A stretch of 64,000 nucleotides of DNA from Paragordius varius (Eukaryota; Animalia; Nematomorpha): the NCBI GenBank assembly GCA_964247055.1, contig OZ176053.1:3720001-3784000 (forward strand), in the 5' to 3' direction. The translations under genes were made by a program, and so were the position numbers. Within the stretch, counting starts at the first letter, position 1; each line of letters starts with the position of its first letter. This document shows positions 36,761 to 49,100 of the stretch, one piece after another. The notes below the pieces were generated by a model. It did no database searches and was not told the origin of the DNA. It saw only the letters and a program-made list of their open reading frames with translations.

Positions 36761-37944
36761 AATCAAATGAAACAGAGTTATTAAAACAGGTGTTCAACTT
36801 GTCCGCAAAAAAATCATAAAATAATTTTATGCTAAATATTTTACAAAATTTTACAATTTATGATGAAAATAATCAATAAAAGACAAAAAATATTTTTTTT
36901 ACCTCAGAGCTCAATATTTTATAAAAAGACCTAATGTCATGAAATATTAGAATTTTGATCACTAAGAAACCCAATGCTTATTTAACGTTTGTTCTGGTTT
37001 ATAGGAGGTTAGTTAGTTAAAAATCTCGTTTCAAACGCGAAATGGAACATGAAACCGGTTTTTGCGTTCTGGTTTCCCTATATATCAGTCATAAGACATA
37101 TTTTGTGTTACAATTATTTGGCTGCACCGACCACGGTTGGAAAAAATTATACATTTTTAAGCAACTAATCCACATAAGAAATGCATTTACCTGATTTGCT
37201 TAAAAATATTTTTAATATAAATTTAAAACGGCATTTAAGTTTTTTAAGGGGTTAACTATTTGCCCAAAACCTATCATAATCTGACGTAGCATTTTTAATG
37301 TGTTTACGGATAGAAATATGAATTATATTGGATAATCGGGATATGCGTGGTAAATGTATCATTGATAAAACGCCTTACTATGTTTAGTATTTTAACGATT
37401 CCATCTGAACTCCATAGATACCAGTTGTTCATCCTGAATTACCGCAGATAAAAATTGAATGGATTTAAATTTCCTCCTTTCATACTATTTTGTATACATG
37501 CAGAGTTTGCCTAAAAACACATTCATACCCATTTGATTGTTGGAATTTATAAAATTAAATGTAAAATATGGTTTATGTATGTTAAATAATTTTGTTATTT
37601 GCTATAATGTTCATATTCCACCATTCTAACCAACCAATCAAGCTTAGAAATTCCAATCGAATCAATGATATAAATCGAAATTGCGTAAAAAAGAAAGAAA
37701 GAAACATATTTTAGAATCAAAGCATAAATTACTATGTAAAATACAAAAAAATAAAATTATAAAACAAAGCAACACAGCTGAATGCATTATACTTACAAAA
37801 GTAAACAATGCGAATAACGCATTATTTTCATTAGTTATTTACATAAAAGTCGCATTTCAGCCGTCTAAAATTAAAACCGTTCTAAAAATTTAAATTATTA
37901 AATTTACTCAGTGATAGAATTCGTTTGATTCTCTATTAAACAAG

Positions 37945-38748
37945 ATGGGTTCCCGATATTTACGGAGTGTCCAAGGAATTCTCAAATTATTCCAAATAGT
38001 AAGAATAATTACAGTATGCATTTTAATGGTTGGTTATTACCCACTATAGTTGGGAAATTGCAAACAGTAATGCATGGAAAAAACAACAAAATTTTTAATA
38101 AACAATTATTTCCATACACTACTGTGTTGCTAATTGTCCAACTATAGTGTGAAATAAGCAACCAATAAAAGGTATACTGTATTATAAATATTCATCTAAC
38201 TCCTTTCGATATATAAATTTATCAATCACGTAAAATAAACAAAAAGCGCACACATAATTCATATATTTGATAAGATAACTTGCATAATGACTCACTTACA
38301 ATTAATTTAGGTGTCTTTTTATCTTTTTTTTATATAGTGACAAACAAATGTTATATATATTATATACAGTATGAGTAAGTGTACATCAAGAAAGTTATTA
38401 TTGCCAAATAGCATATATAACAAAGGGCAGTATTATTGGTATTTATTTTTTTCACTTTTTACTATTATTAGCCAATAATAATTCTATTTGAATAATTAAT
38501 AACTTTTTAGCATTATACTTACTCATACTTTAATTACAATATTTCAGCTATTAAATATTTTAATTGGCATATTAGGTGTTTGGAATCATCATAATAATAT
38601 TATTTGCCGTATCTAATTATCGGAGATGGTGGGTCCATAATTTTCTCTTTTTCCTGGCAGTCGTTTGTACAATCATAACGTTTCTCCTACTCCTAGTATC
38701 CGTTTGTGATATTTATAACACTATACTCTGGCCATGGAAATCTATAGT

Positions 38749-38786
<38 letters not shown>

Positions 38787-40624
38787 TATTATATATCACA
38801 GATTGCCGATATCAAAATCTTATAAAATTTAAAAAATTATAAAGACATTGTTTTTGCAGGATGTTGTCATGGTAAAAATACAACATTTTTTTTGCAACAT
38901 TAGTCACATCCGGTATTAATTATATTTATGCCTACGCAGCCAAGTCATTATATTGACTTTTACACTTGCAAATCATGTTCACCCGTACAATGCAAATTGA
39001 GGTTGTTTTAAAATCTAATATTTTGTTAAACATGTAAGGCATTTAATTTATTTGAAAAGTTTTCTCCTATAGAGGGGTGTCCACAGAAATCTTCGCGGGC
39101 TGCTTTGATATTTTTGTTTTTTTATTTATTTTAAGCTCAATTATGGATGATATATCTAAATAATCTTATTTTGATTGCAATCCAAATTTATTTTTTTAAC
39201 ATTTTTTGCACTTTTGATTAAGTGAAAACGCGTGCTTGACACCTTTGCTCTTATATTACATATTAATGCACTACAAAATTTTTTTAAAAATACTCTTATT
39301 TTATGGTATAACAACCTGAAGCCAATTAACAAAATTATTTTTGCTAATTTTATCATGTTCCTGGATTTGTTTTTGTCTTATTAATTGCTCAAAGTAATTA
39401 ATTAATTAACTTTAAGCCGTGGAATTTACAAACACCATATTTTATTCAAAAGTTTTAAAATCTGAACGGCGGCGAAATAGTGTGATATTGGTACTATTTT
39501 CATTTTTTATAATTTAGCCTATTTATTATTTTTATTGAGATGTAGCCGAATAAATTGGAACCGCTTTCTTTAGTAATTTTTTAATAGTAATTTAAATTTG
39601 GCCTGGGTTACTTACCCCAATAGAAAAGCTTTGATGGGACACTTTAAAAGCCGATTAATTTGTTTTAACATTTACATATTAAACGCAAATATTGTTTATT
39701 ACAAATCAGTGGTCAAATACAGCTTAAAATCAAATAAACCAAAAAAGGAATCGAATTTACCTTTTTATAGTGATTCTTATCCAACTTAAACCGGATCGGT
39801 TTGTGTAACCGGAGAAATGATTTCAAAAATCTTATGTGTTTTAGAGCCGGCTATTTGGTTTTTTTTATTTGCAAAAATATTGCTTGGAGTATGTATATAT
39901 CATTCATAATTACTATTTTTTATAAATAAATTAATATACATTTTTCGGATATATTTTTCGGATATATTACGTCTAATCATGCGTATAGGAAATCGGTTTT
40001 CACATTGTGGCAGCCATACTCTATGCTATTGGGTCCAGCCTATTACTTTATTCCCGATATAATGTAACTGCGTGGACGATTGCTGGGGTAATGATTTTAT
40101 TAGTTATTAAAATTAATAAACCTTTATTTTTCACCAATTATTTTTTCCAATTTCTATCCAATGATTTAAGGATAAATTTCCCATAATTTGCTCAACACTA
40201 AAAAATTATCTTACGCATTTACAATTTTCACGGTTTATTTACGAAAGATATTTTTATCTATGAAAATCTTATATTTTAAATAAATGGGATAATTGGAAGC
40301 GCTATTACCCAATTCAATTTCCGATTAAAAATAAGCATAAATAATTTTTACTACCAAACCTTTTATGTCGCTTGAAAAATAACCTTTGATTGGCTTTGAA
40401 AGTTGCGGATTCACGATAAAATTACTGATTTGCCCTTGGGGAATAATGCATGCTAAACTATAAATAATTTCTCAACTACATAATCACATTTTCTAAAAAA
40501 CAATAAATAACCAAATTTAACATAAAATTTTTTAGCATATTTTTTATTCACTATTTGATATTAGGTCTTTGGATGCCTAAATACCGCATTGTATGGTTTA
40601 CATACGTATTTCTCTGCAGATTAA
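37945..40624 (+). CDS. MARVEL-domain four-TM protein (CMTM/plasmolipin-like), paralog 2, 4 exons, 127 aa
   Basis: Exons 37945-37998 (MGSRYLRSVQGILKLFQI), 38576-38746, 39989-40087 (EIGFHIVAAILYAIG...), 40565-40624 (VFGCLNTALYGLHTYFSAD*), all phase 0. Confidence 0.88.
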
Positions 40625-40911
40625 TATAGTATCCATATATCAATCAATCTTATGCATCTCTTATCTCAAATCGTTATTTTGTAAATAAAGCAAATTTGCA
40701 TTATATGTGATATTTTTAATGATGACTTATATTTTGAAGATTGTGATTTAAAATAAATTTTTACGCGACAAAGTTCGGGTTAAAAAAACTAAATTAATAA
40801 GCATTTTTGACAAATAGGTATCAAAATTTACATTCTTATTTTGGTCGCATATATATTTTTGGAGAAAGGTATATTTTTTTACATGTTATTTACGAACAAA
40901 AGTATCTTGAT

Positions 40912-43240
40912 CAAGGGTGTCCAACACACGACGGTCCTCCAAATTGCAGTCGGAAAAAATTTCAAGAAAACTAAATTAATATAAAATTTTATAATTTAAG
41001 AGAATAACTTTTTAAATTTATAGATATACTAGCGTAAATCGTGTTGCTACGCAGTCCTAGGAAGTCCTTCGGACTTCTGGGGGGGATAGGGGGGCTATTT
41101 GAAAAAGGGACAATAAAATGATCCATATATGTGGATTATTTCAAAACATTATTTAATAGCTATGATCTCATAGGATTTTCAAAACGGTGCATTCATACTA
41201 ATATATTGTTTTCTGGTAAAAGGCCCCAAATTGACGGCTAAGGGAAAAAACGTAAAATTCACCTTTTTATGGGAAATATTTAATGCTTTATTGGACTCGT
41301 ATGGCTTCTTAATTTTTTTGAAAATTAGCTTTAAAACGGCATTTTGTGTGGCGTCTCAGTTTTAAACCAGTAGACCCCTACCCATAGGCCTATATAGAAA
41401 AAGCACTAAGTTATATTTTTTGCCTTTATAGGGAAAATATTTGGTATCATCTTTGAGACCATCGACTCATGGATTATTCGAAAAAATACCTCAACACTAA
41501 ATAATCGTTATATGATGTATTTTTAGGGCCTAAAGGCCCTAAATTAACGGCTAATAAAAAAGGCCTGATTTTTACCTAGTTACGGGTAATATTTCTAACT
41601 TTAAATGAGCTCATTTTAAATAGTTCCACCGCAATTTCTATATAGTGGTAAAGTTTTGAGCGGGTACTTCCCCAGAGGCAGGTATAAAAAAGCGTCGGGC
41701 AAAATTTTTGTCTTTATATGGGGAATATATGGAATTATAATGTCCATATGTTCCTATTCTTGGAAATATTGCTTCAAAACCAAAAAATTGTTCTATGGCG
41801 GCGAATTTTTCAGGGCGTAAAACTTTTCTTAGTGACTGATTGAAGTAACCCCCTATACTAAAATATTATTTTATTAAGGGGTAATAATATTTTATGCCCT
41901 TATTGAACTCATATAGTCTCATAAGTTTTCTGAAATTTGGATAGGCATCTGTATCGATATAGTGATGCATTTTTACGCGGGTAGCCCCTCACCCTGAGCC
42001 TATTTAACCGTTTAAAAAATCCGCTCGACTTAAATTTTTGCCTTTTTACGGGTAATATTTCAGGCCCTAATAAAACTTATATGGCATGTTTCTGAAAATA
42101 AATCCTAAACAACCCAATTTTGAAATGGTGGCGCAGTTTTAGGCGGTAGCTCCCTGGCCAATATAAAAAAGACGTTCGATAATATTTTTACCTTTATATG
42201 GGAATACCTGGAATCATCATTCATTCCATATGCTGTTAATAGTTTGTGGAAGAATAGCTTCAAAACTAATTAAGGCGTAAGGGGCCCATTTAACCTAATT
42301 TAAAAAAACCAGTCGACTTAAATTTTTGACCTTTTACGGGTAATATTTTAAGCAAGGATTGAACTCATATGGCCTGATAAGTTTTCTAAAATTTAGCCCC
42401 AAAGGCAGGCTATTTATATGACGGGTCAGTTTTTAGCGGGTATCTCCTTACCCAGCAGCTATCATCAAAGGAACGCTTGACTAAAATTTTTGTCTTTTAA
42501 CAGGGAATACCTGACCTGGAATCCTTATTGAATTTTTACGGTCTCATACTTTAGGCGAAAAATAGTTTCAAAAAATTATTTTTGTGGTTAATTTTTTTGA
42601 AAAAAAGTGGCATTTTACGTGGGGAGAGGGTAAAAAGAGGGCCTAAATTAAAAATGCGAGCCGACTATGTTCGGCGCAATCGATAATAAGTAAAAAAAAT
42701 CATATTTGAAATCGAATGGTCCAACACGTTTTCGAGAAAATTGTGTTAAAGACTCGATTTTGGCGGACTTATGTTTTCAAAAAAAACCCGTTTTTGACAC
42801 GGAGTGGGCCCGAACTGGGGGCCTAATTAAAAAAAAGGGCGAAGCTATTGTCGGGGCATTCATTACTGATTATATTTTTTCGATATTTGGATTTGAATGG
42901 GCCTACCGGTTTTCCGGAAACAGATCGCAAAGTCACCACTTTCCATTTTTATAAATATATATATAGATATCATTTACTACATATACTTTATCATTCTCAA
43001 CAATAATTTCTAGAAAATATTTCAGCATGTTCGATAATTGGAAAATGCTATTTTGAGGCCTTTTAATATTTAGACATACTACATATTACTCTAAATTAGA
43101 GATTGTAAAATACTTTGAGCTCTTTAAGGTAAAAATTATTGTTTATTCAAAACAATACCTAAATATAAATATATTCATCTCCGTTTGTTATGTTCTTTCA
43201 ATGCGCCCCGCCGATGTTTTAGAATATTTGTGTTAGACAC
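40912..43240. mobile_element. hAT MITE split by a Helitron insertion
   Basis: Left end CAAGGGTGTCCAACAC; right end ttcaatgcgccccgc...ATTTGTGTTAGACAC matches the 22878 and 47810 family; terminal bases of the right TIR are lost. Confidence 0.6.
41029..42967 (-). mobile_element. Non-autonomous Helitron with internal ~290-nt tandem array
   Basis: Minus-strand A|TCTATATATATATTTATAAAAATGG 5' end and gcgtagcaacacgatttacgCTAG|T 3' end; termini match 25350-26425; about five diverged internal units (markers near 41224, 41537, 41999, 42284). Confidence 0.88.
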
Positions 43241-43278
43241 AGATCTAGGTGAAAAAAATCAAGTAAACAAGTAAAGGG

Positions 43279-43452
43279 TGTAGCGTCGGAAGATCGTCGG
43301 CCACCTGCCGTCAAGGCAATCCCTACCCACCCGTAATGCATTGAGCTTCAGAGCGGGGAGACACAAGGAGGTTGGGTTTGACGTTAGTATCTACATACAT
43401 AATAAAAGCCTTCATGTTAGATGTGTTAATGGGAGTTAGTATTGTTAATAAG

Positions 43453-43457
<5 letters not shown>
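43279..43457 (+). mobile_element. Possible solo or 5' LTR
   Basis: Starts TGTAGC, ends GCTATA (one mismatch to GCTACA), GC-rich body with AATAAA near 43400, followed by (TA)n; no TSD seen. Confidence 0.35.
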
Positions 43458-43491
<34 letters not shown>

Positions 43492-44046
43492 GAAATGTTA
43501 ATTTCGCATTGTTATGTAGGTAAAAGCAATATTTGAGTTTAAATAACCGTACAAACAGGGTTTGATTACTCCAGAAAGTAATGTCAAAGGTCTATGTCGG
43601 GTCAAATGTAGAAGTAATTTTAAGCTCTTATCTTTGGTGTGGAAGGGGGTCTTCTTTTGCTTCTAAATGAGTGTGGCCTTTAGGTAAACCAATTTTGGAG
43701 ATGACATTACAAGCGTCAACGTTACCCCTTCGTGCGACCATGTTTCAGTTGTACCCTCAACTGGGACGCTAACCAGGGATAAGTGGTCGTTGACCTTGCT
43801 CTGAGCTAAGTATCAACTCCGACCAACAGAGATGTCAGAGATTGGTAACCAGCCCTGCTCAAATATCAGCGGCTCCAACATTGCCCAGGACGTCGTCCCA
43901 CAATAATTGGCTAATAGTCTACTCACAGTCGCGTCTTGCATGCTTTATACATTCAGTGGTACATTTTGTTCGTTGGATATCTGTGTGAAGCAGTCTATAT
44001 TCTTAACTAACTGTGTAGGTGTTTACCATTAACAGATTTTGTTGTA

Positions 44047-44267
44047 ACATCAATACTAGCTGACATTAAGAAAGCGTTGTAAAATAAAAATTTATACCTT
44101 AATTACATGAATACTAACTGACATTACCAGAGCGTGTTAAATAAATTTATACCATAATTACATCGATACTGACATTAACAAAGCGTTGTAAAATAAAAAT
44201 TTATACCTTAATTGCATCAATACTAACTGACATTAACAGAGCGTTGTAAAATAAAATTTATACCTTA
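44047..44267 (+). repeat. Tandem repeat, 4 x ~55-58 nt
   Basis: Units start at 44047, 44105, 44160 and 44214; consensus acatcaatactaactgacattaacagagcgttgtaaaataaaaatttataccttaatt. Confidence 0.95.
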
Positions 44268-45347
44268 TCTAGCAGTGGGAATTAACCTTAAAATACTACC
44301 GACTTCGCAATAGTACCATTCAATCTGGAGCAAAGTATCCGGTTCAAATAAAAGTTGAATATTGGTAATCAGCCCTCAAATATCAGCGGTTCCGATGTCA
44401 TCGTCATATAGCAGGAAAGTTTTGCGTTGGTTTCCAACGGGATAGGATTAGTAACTCTGGTGCGTTTCCTCGTTGTCAAGAGCTTAAAAGTGATCGAGGT
44501 TTTCGGGGTATAATCGTAATCGCGTTCTCAGTTGGCCACAGTTATTGAAGTTTTTTCGGTAAGTTTTAAACGGGGTCATTAGGAATTTACAGTCATTGTT
44601 CGATTCTAGCCTGGAGAGGATGTTGCGTCAGCCGGTAAACATAAAAGTATAAGCGATCGTTATTATGCTGAAAAAAATCAAATCACAAAAATTTGTTAAA
44701 GGGCGCTTGTAATTTTAAAATTAACACAAAAAAGCCGCGATCGTTAAATAATATATAAATTACGTTAACTTCATGTTAATTATGTAAATTATTTTCTGTC
44801 ATATTACGACATGAAATAGTTGGGATAATATTATTATTTATCTTTGGTTGTATAAAAATATTTATGACAGCTCATTGTTTTACGGAAGTCAATAGATGAG
44901 CATAATATTAGGGTCAAAAATTTCATTTCTTTATTGGCAACAGATTAATAATAATAATAATAATTTACTCTACACTGTTCAAACATCAGTTATTCAAACA
45001 AGTTGTTCCGAAATGAACGATTAAATTAAAAAATGTCTGATCAGCGCATTTAATACTTCTAAAAAAATTCTTATATTCGAAATTATAATAATAATTTATA
45101 CAATATATTTTCTCTAAGAGTATTTTTTAAATTGATGGTTAAGCTATAATATTTGTGGTATGTTTAATCAATGAAATTTTAACCATAAAAATAGATTTTT
45201 AAATTTGTAACAAGATTTTAATGTCTGAAAGATAATATGAAAGGTCAAAGACGGCTCGCGCCCTACTATTTGATAATTATGAAATACATTTTCCCGCAAA
45301 GCGACATGAAATTAAAAACTGCAAACGTACTGGTTTAACATAAAATA

Positions 45348-45936
45348 CACTTGGATTTAAAACTATTTCAACAAATGAAAGACATATGAAAAAATTTTAT
45401 CACATATATCAAGATTCGCATGGTGCTTTTTGTTTTGAGACTAAGTGATTTAAAAAAATTGATATCCACGTTTGCAGTATGTGCTTATATAAAAATACCC
45501 GAAACTGGTATAAAAAAATTTTATTCAAAAATACTTTATATTACTTATTCTAAGCTAAAACCTAAAGGTAAAAATTTAGTCAAGGTGACATGTGTGCAAT
45601 GGTAAATTAAAAAAAATAATACAAAATAAACCATTTTTTCTATTTCTTTCAATGTTAGATGTAATTTAAATAAAAAATTAGCTTTAATCTTACCTTTAAA
45701 ATTATATGAAGACGATATTTTGCAAAAAATTTTGTAAAATAAAAATGGCGTCGAATTGGTTTGAACATGAAACTTTTTTATTCATAACGAAATTATATTT
45801 AGATATTTTGGCTTATTTATATATTTTTTTGAGATAGAAGCATAAATTTAAGTACCGTTTCATCCAGTAATTTTTCAAAAATTCCTAACTCTAATTAGGT
45901 CTGGGGTATTTAGATACCCCAATTAGAATCGAAGTG
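45348..45936 (-). mobile_element. piggyBac-like MITE family C, reverse copy
   Basis: Ends GGGGTATTTAGATACCCCAATTAGAATCGAAGTG|TTAA at 45936; body matches 19250-19590; far end degenerate and its coordinate is approximate. Confidence 0.7.
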
Positions 45937-45989
45937 TTAAATCGCCACAACAGGCAAATAAATGTATATTATCCTTAAAAAATGCAAAT

Positions 45990-46073
45990 AATCAATTAAA
46001 AGCTTTCAAGCTACTTTTATCAGAAAGCTCTAAGATATAAAACTACCCCAAAAGGTAAATCAAAAAGGAAGTG
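45990..46073 (+). mobile_element. Family B MITE right-end fragment
   Basis: aagctttcaagcta...ACTACCCC...GGAAGTG|TTAA, ending 125 nt before the GTPBP4 ATG. Confidence 0.55.
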
Positions 46074-46198
46074 TTAACAAATAAATAGGTTAGTGTAAAT
46101 TTTTTTTTAAATTTTTATATTTTTAACTCATATACCCTTTTTACATATGCGGAAGCTTATTATTTATCAAACACATCACTCTTTTAGGTTAAATAGGC

Positions 46199-49100
46199 AT
46201 GGTTCAATATAATTTCAAGTCTATATGCGTCGTTCCTACGGCAAAAGTATATATTAATTATATGTTAGGATTTTGTAGATATCGTTTTATCCAAAACACA
46301 AAGAAAAACTCCTACTGTTGTCCATAAGCATTATAAAATCTCCCGAATACGTCAATTTTATATGCGGAAAATAAGGTTGAGTATTAATTAAATATAGGTT
46401 TACTCAACAAAACTTTGAAGAGATGTTTGCAAAAATATTAAGTGAATTTCCAAACATAGATGATATGCATCCATTTTATTCAGACTTAATCAATATATTA
46501 TATGATCGCGACCACTATAAAATAGCTTTGGGTCAAATACACAAAGTCAAACAATTAGTAAGTAATATCGGGAAAGAATATCTCAAATTATTAAAATTTG
46601 CTGATTCCTTGTACAGATGTAAACAATTGAAAAAGGCTGCTCTCGGCAGGTTTGTCATTATTCTTTGAAAATTTATTATTTGCATGTACATTATATTTAC
46701 TTTCAATATATATTATACATATATAATATATATCCTACTTATCTAGAATGGCTACACTTATGAAAAGACAAAAAGAAGGTCTTGAATATCTGGAAAGTGT
46801 CAGGCAACATCTTTCCCGTTTGCCTAGTATTGATCCCAATCAGCCCTCGATTCTCATATCTGGTTTCCCAAACGTAGGCAAATCTAGTTTTATAAACCAG
46901 GTTAATTTTTATCTATACGATTTTTAACATTTTATTTTATTAATATGAATTTTATTATATATATTTTATCAGATAACCAGAGCAGATGTTGAAGTACAAC
47001 CATATGCCTTTACGACGAAATCTTTGTATGTCGGTCATACAGACCATAATTATTTGAAATGGCAGGTTTGAAATATATTGGATTGTAAATTTTTTGATTT
47101 GTTTTTGCAATGTATAAAATTTTAATATTTGAATAAATTAAACAAAATATTGATACCGTTTTTAGCTTTTCAAGGGTTCCGCTAAATTATGATTTGAAAG
47201 ATGGGAGAAAGTGGTTTTTTGTTAGATGAAGACGTTAATTTGTGATTAAAATTTATTTAAATCTTCAAGTGTTTTCCAACCTTAAGATGTATATTTATAT
47301 ATCCATAGATAAGATCCCATACATATTTTAAATAATTATTTGTATTATTGATCATAGAATATCATTTTCATTGGTGCAGGAAAAGGCATTTAAATATTTT
47401 AAACGATAAGGTCAACGAATTCAAGGAAAAATGGAAAAAATGGTATTTAAGCAGACATATTATATTTTATATAATTATACTAGGTCATAGATACACCAGG
47501 TATTTTGGACAAACCTTTAGAACAAAGGAATACGATAGAAATGCAGGCTATTACCGCGCTTGCCCATATCAAAGCAATAGTTTTATATTTTTTGGATGTT
47601 TCGGAAACTTGTGGATATAGTTTGCAAGAGCAGGTTAAATATCCATTTTTCATTATATATAATTATTTAATAATAATATTTTATAATATTTATTATGTTT
47701 TATGATAGATTACGCTGTTTCAAAACATTCAACCTCTCTTTGTCAACAAGGTAAGATATGAGATTAATAATATTTATTCATTATGGAATACACTTACGAT
47801 AATTTAGATCAGGGGTGCCCAACATGCGGCCCGCAAAAATTTAATATCCTAAATTTGTAAAAATATGTCAAGATCTTTTGGCAAATTGATGCTTAAACAA
47901 TTTTTTTAATTAAATTTACCTACCTAATTGGCAAAAACTAATAAAAAATGTTTTATGTTTAAATTTTTTGGGTCCCACGTTTGAAATATAATAAATTATC
48001 AATGAATGTTCATATATATGCGAATTTTCATATTTTTTAAGTCAAAAATGCTGCCCGTGATGCCATTTGTGTTAGACACCCCTGTTTAGACTGTCGATTA
48101 TATTATATTAAATTCCTAATAATATTAAATTAAACAAAAATATTTTTTTGACGTAATATTACTTTTAAAATATGGGTCATATCTACATCCAAAGTTTTAC
48201 TTCTATACTTAACTTTAAATAATTTTTTACGGGATAATTATTTATAGTACCATATGTTATTTAAATAAGCCGAATCGTAAACTGTACTCATTGTAATTGA
48301 TGCTGTTAGGCTGCAATTATATAAATTACTATAATTTAATTAATTGAGTAAATATTTCTATACAGTGAAACAAAAATGTGCATAACTATTAATCTGGTTT
48401 AAATTATAAACATTTATTTTGGTAATTTATAATTTCCTAAAGTTGATTTATCATTATAAGGCCTAATCCTTCATGTATATAGATGTTTTTTTTACTAATA
48501 TTAGATTAACTGAATGAGTTTTTATAAAAGAGAAATTAACATAGTTTAGACTATGTATATCCCTGAAAATATTTAGCCCATTATGATTGTTGTCAACAAG
48601 ATTGATATTAAACCGTTAAGCGAATTGGAGCCTGAGAAACGTGAATTAATTCAACAAACCTTTAACTTGACCCCTGACCATTTTGAAAAAATTATGAATA
48701 ATAATAATAATGTGGACACAGAATTCGACCTTGAAGACGCCATGGATAATGATGAAGAAAATGAAAGCGCTAAGCCTGTACCAATACGCTGTATAAGTGC
48801 CCTTACTAAACATGGTGTTATCGCACTCAAAAATGAGGTACAAGAATTAAAAATTTGATTAATATGTTAATTATATGGTAGTATAGCACAAAATTAAGTT
48901 GCAAATTTAAAATTGATTGTAAATTTGTGTTAAATGATAGGTAAAAATAAGAAAATATGTTAATTATAGATAATCGAAGCGAATCATTTTATTTATGGTT
49001 TATGGTTTTGTATGTTACATTAATGTAAATTATTAAGAGTATTTTAATAAATCGGGATAATATTAAGATTTGTTTAATAAAATTATATAGTTTTATGCCA

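Noticed and set aside
38860-38956. Possible frameshifted third exon of the plus-strand MARVEL gene at an 8-T run
   Set aside because: Better exons with the expected size and motifs exist at 39989-40087 and 40565-40624, so this segment is intronic.
44047-44267. Regular array considered as CRISPR-like
   Set aside because: Units are contiguous near-identical repeats with no unique spacers, there are no cas genes, and the context is eukaryotic.
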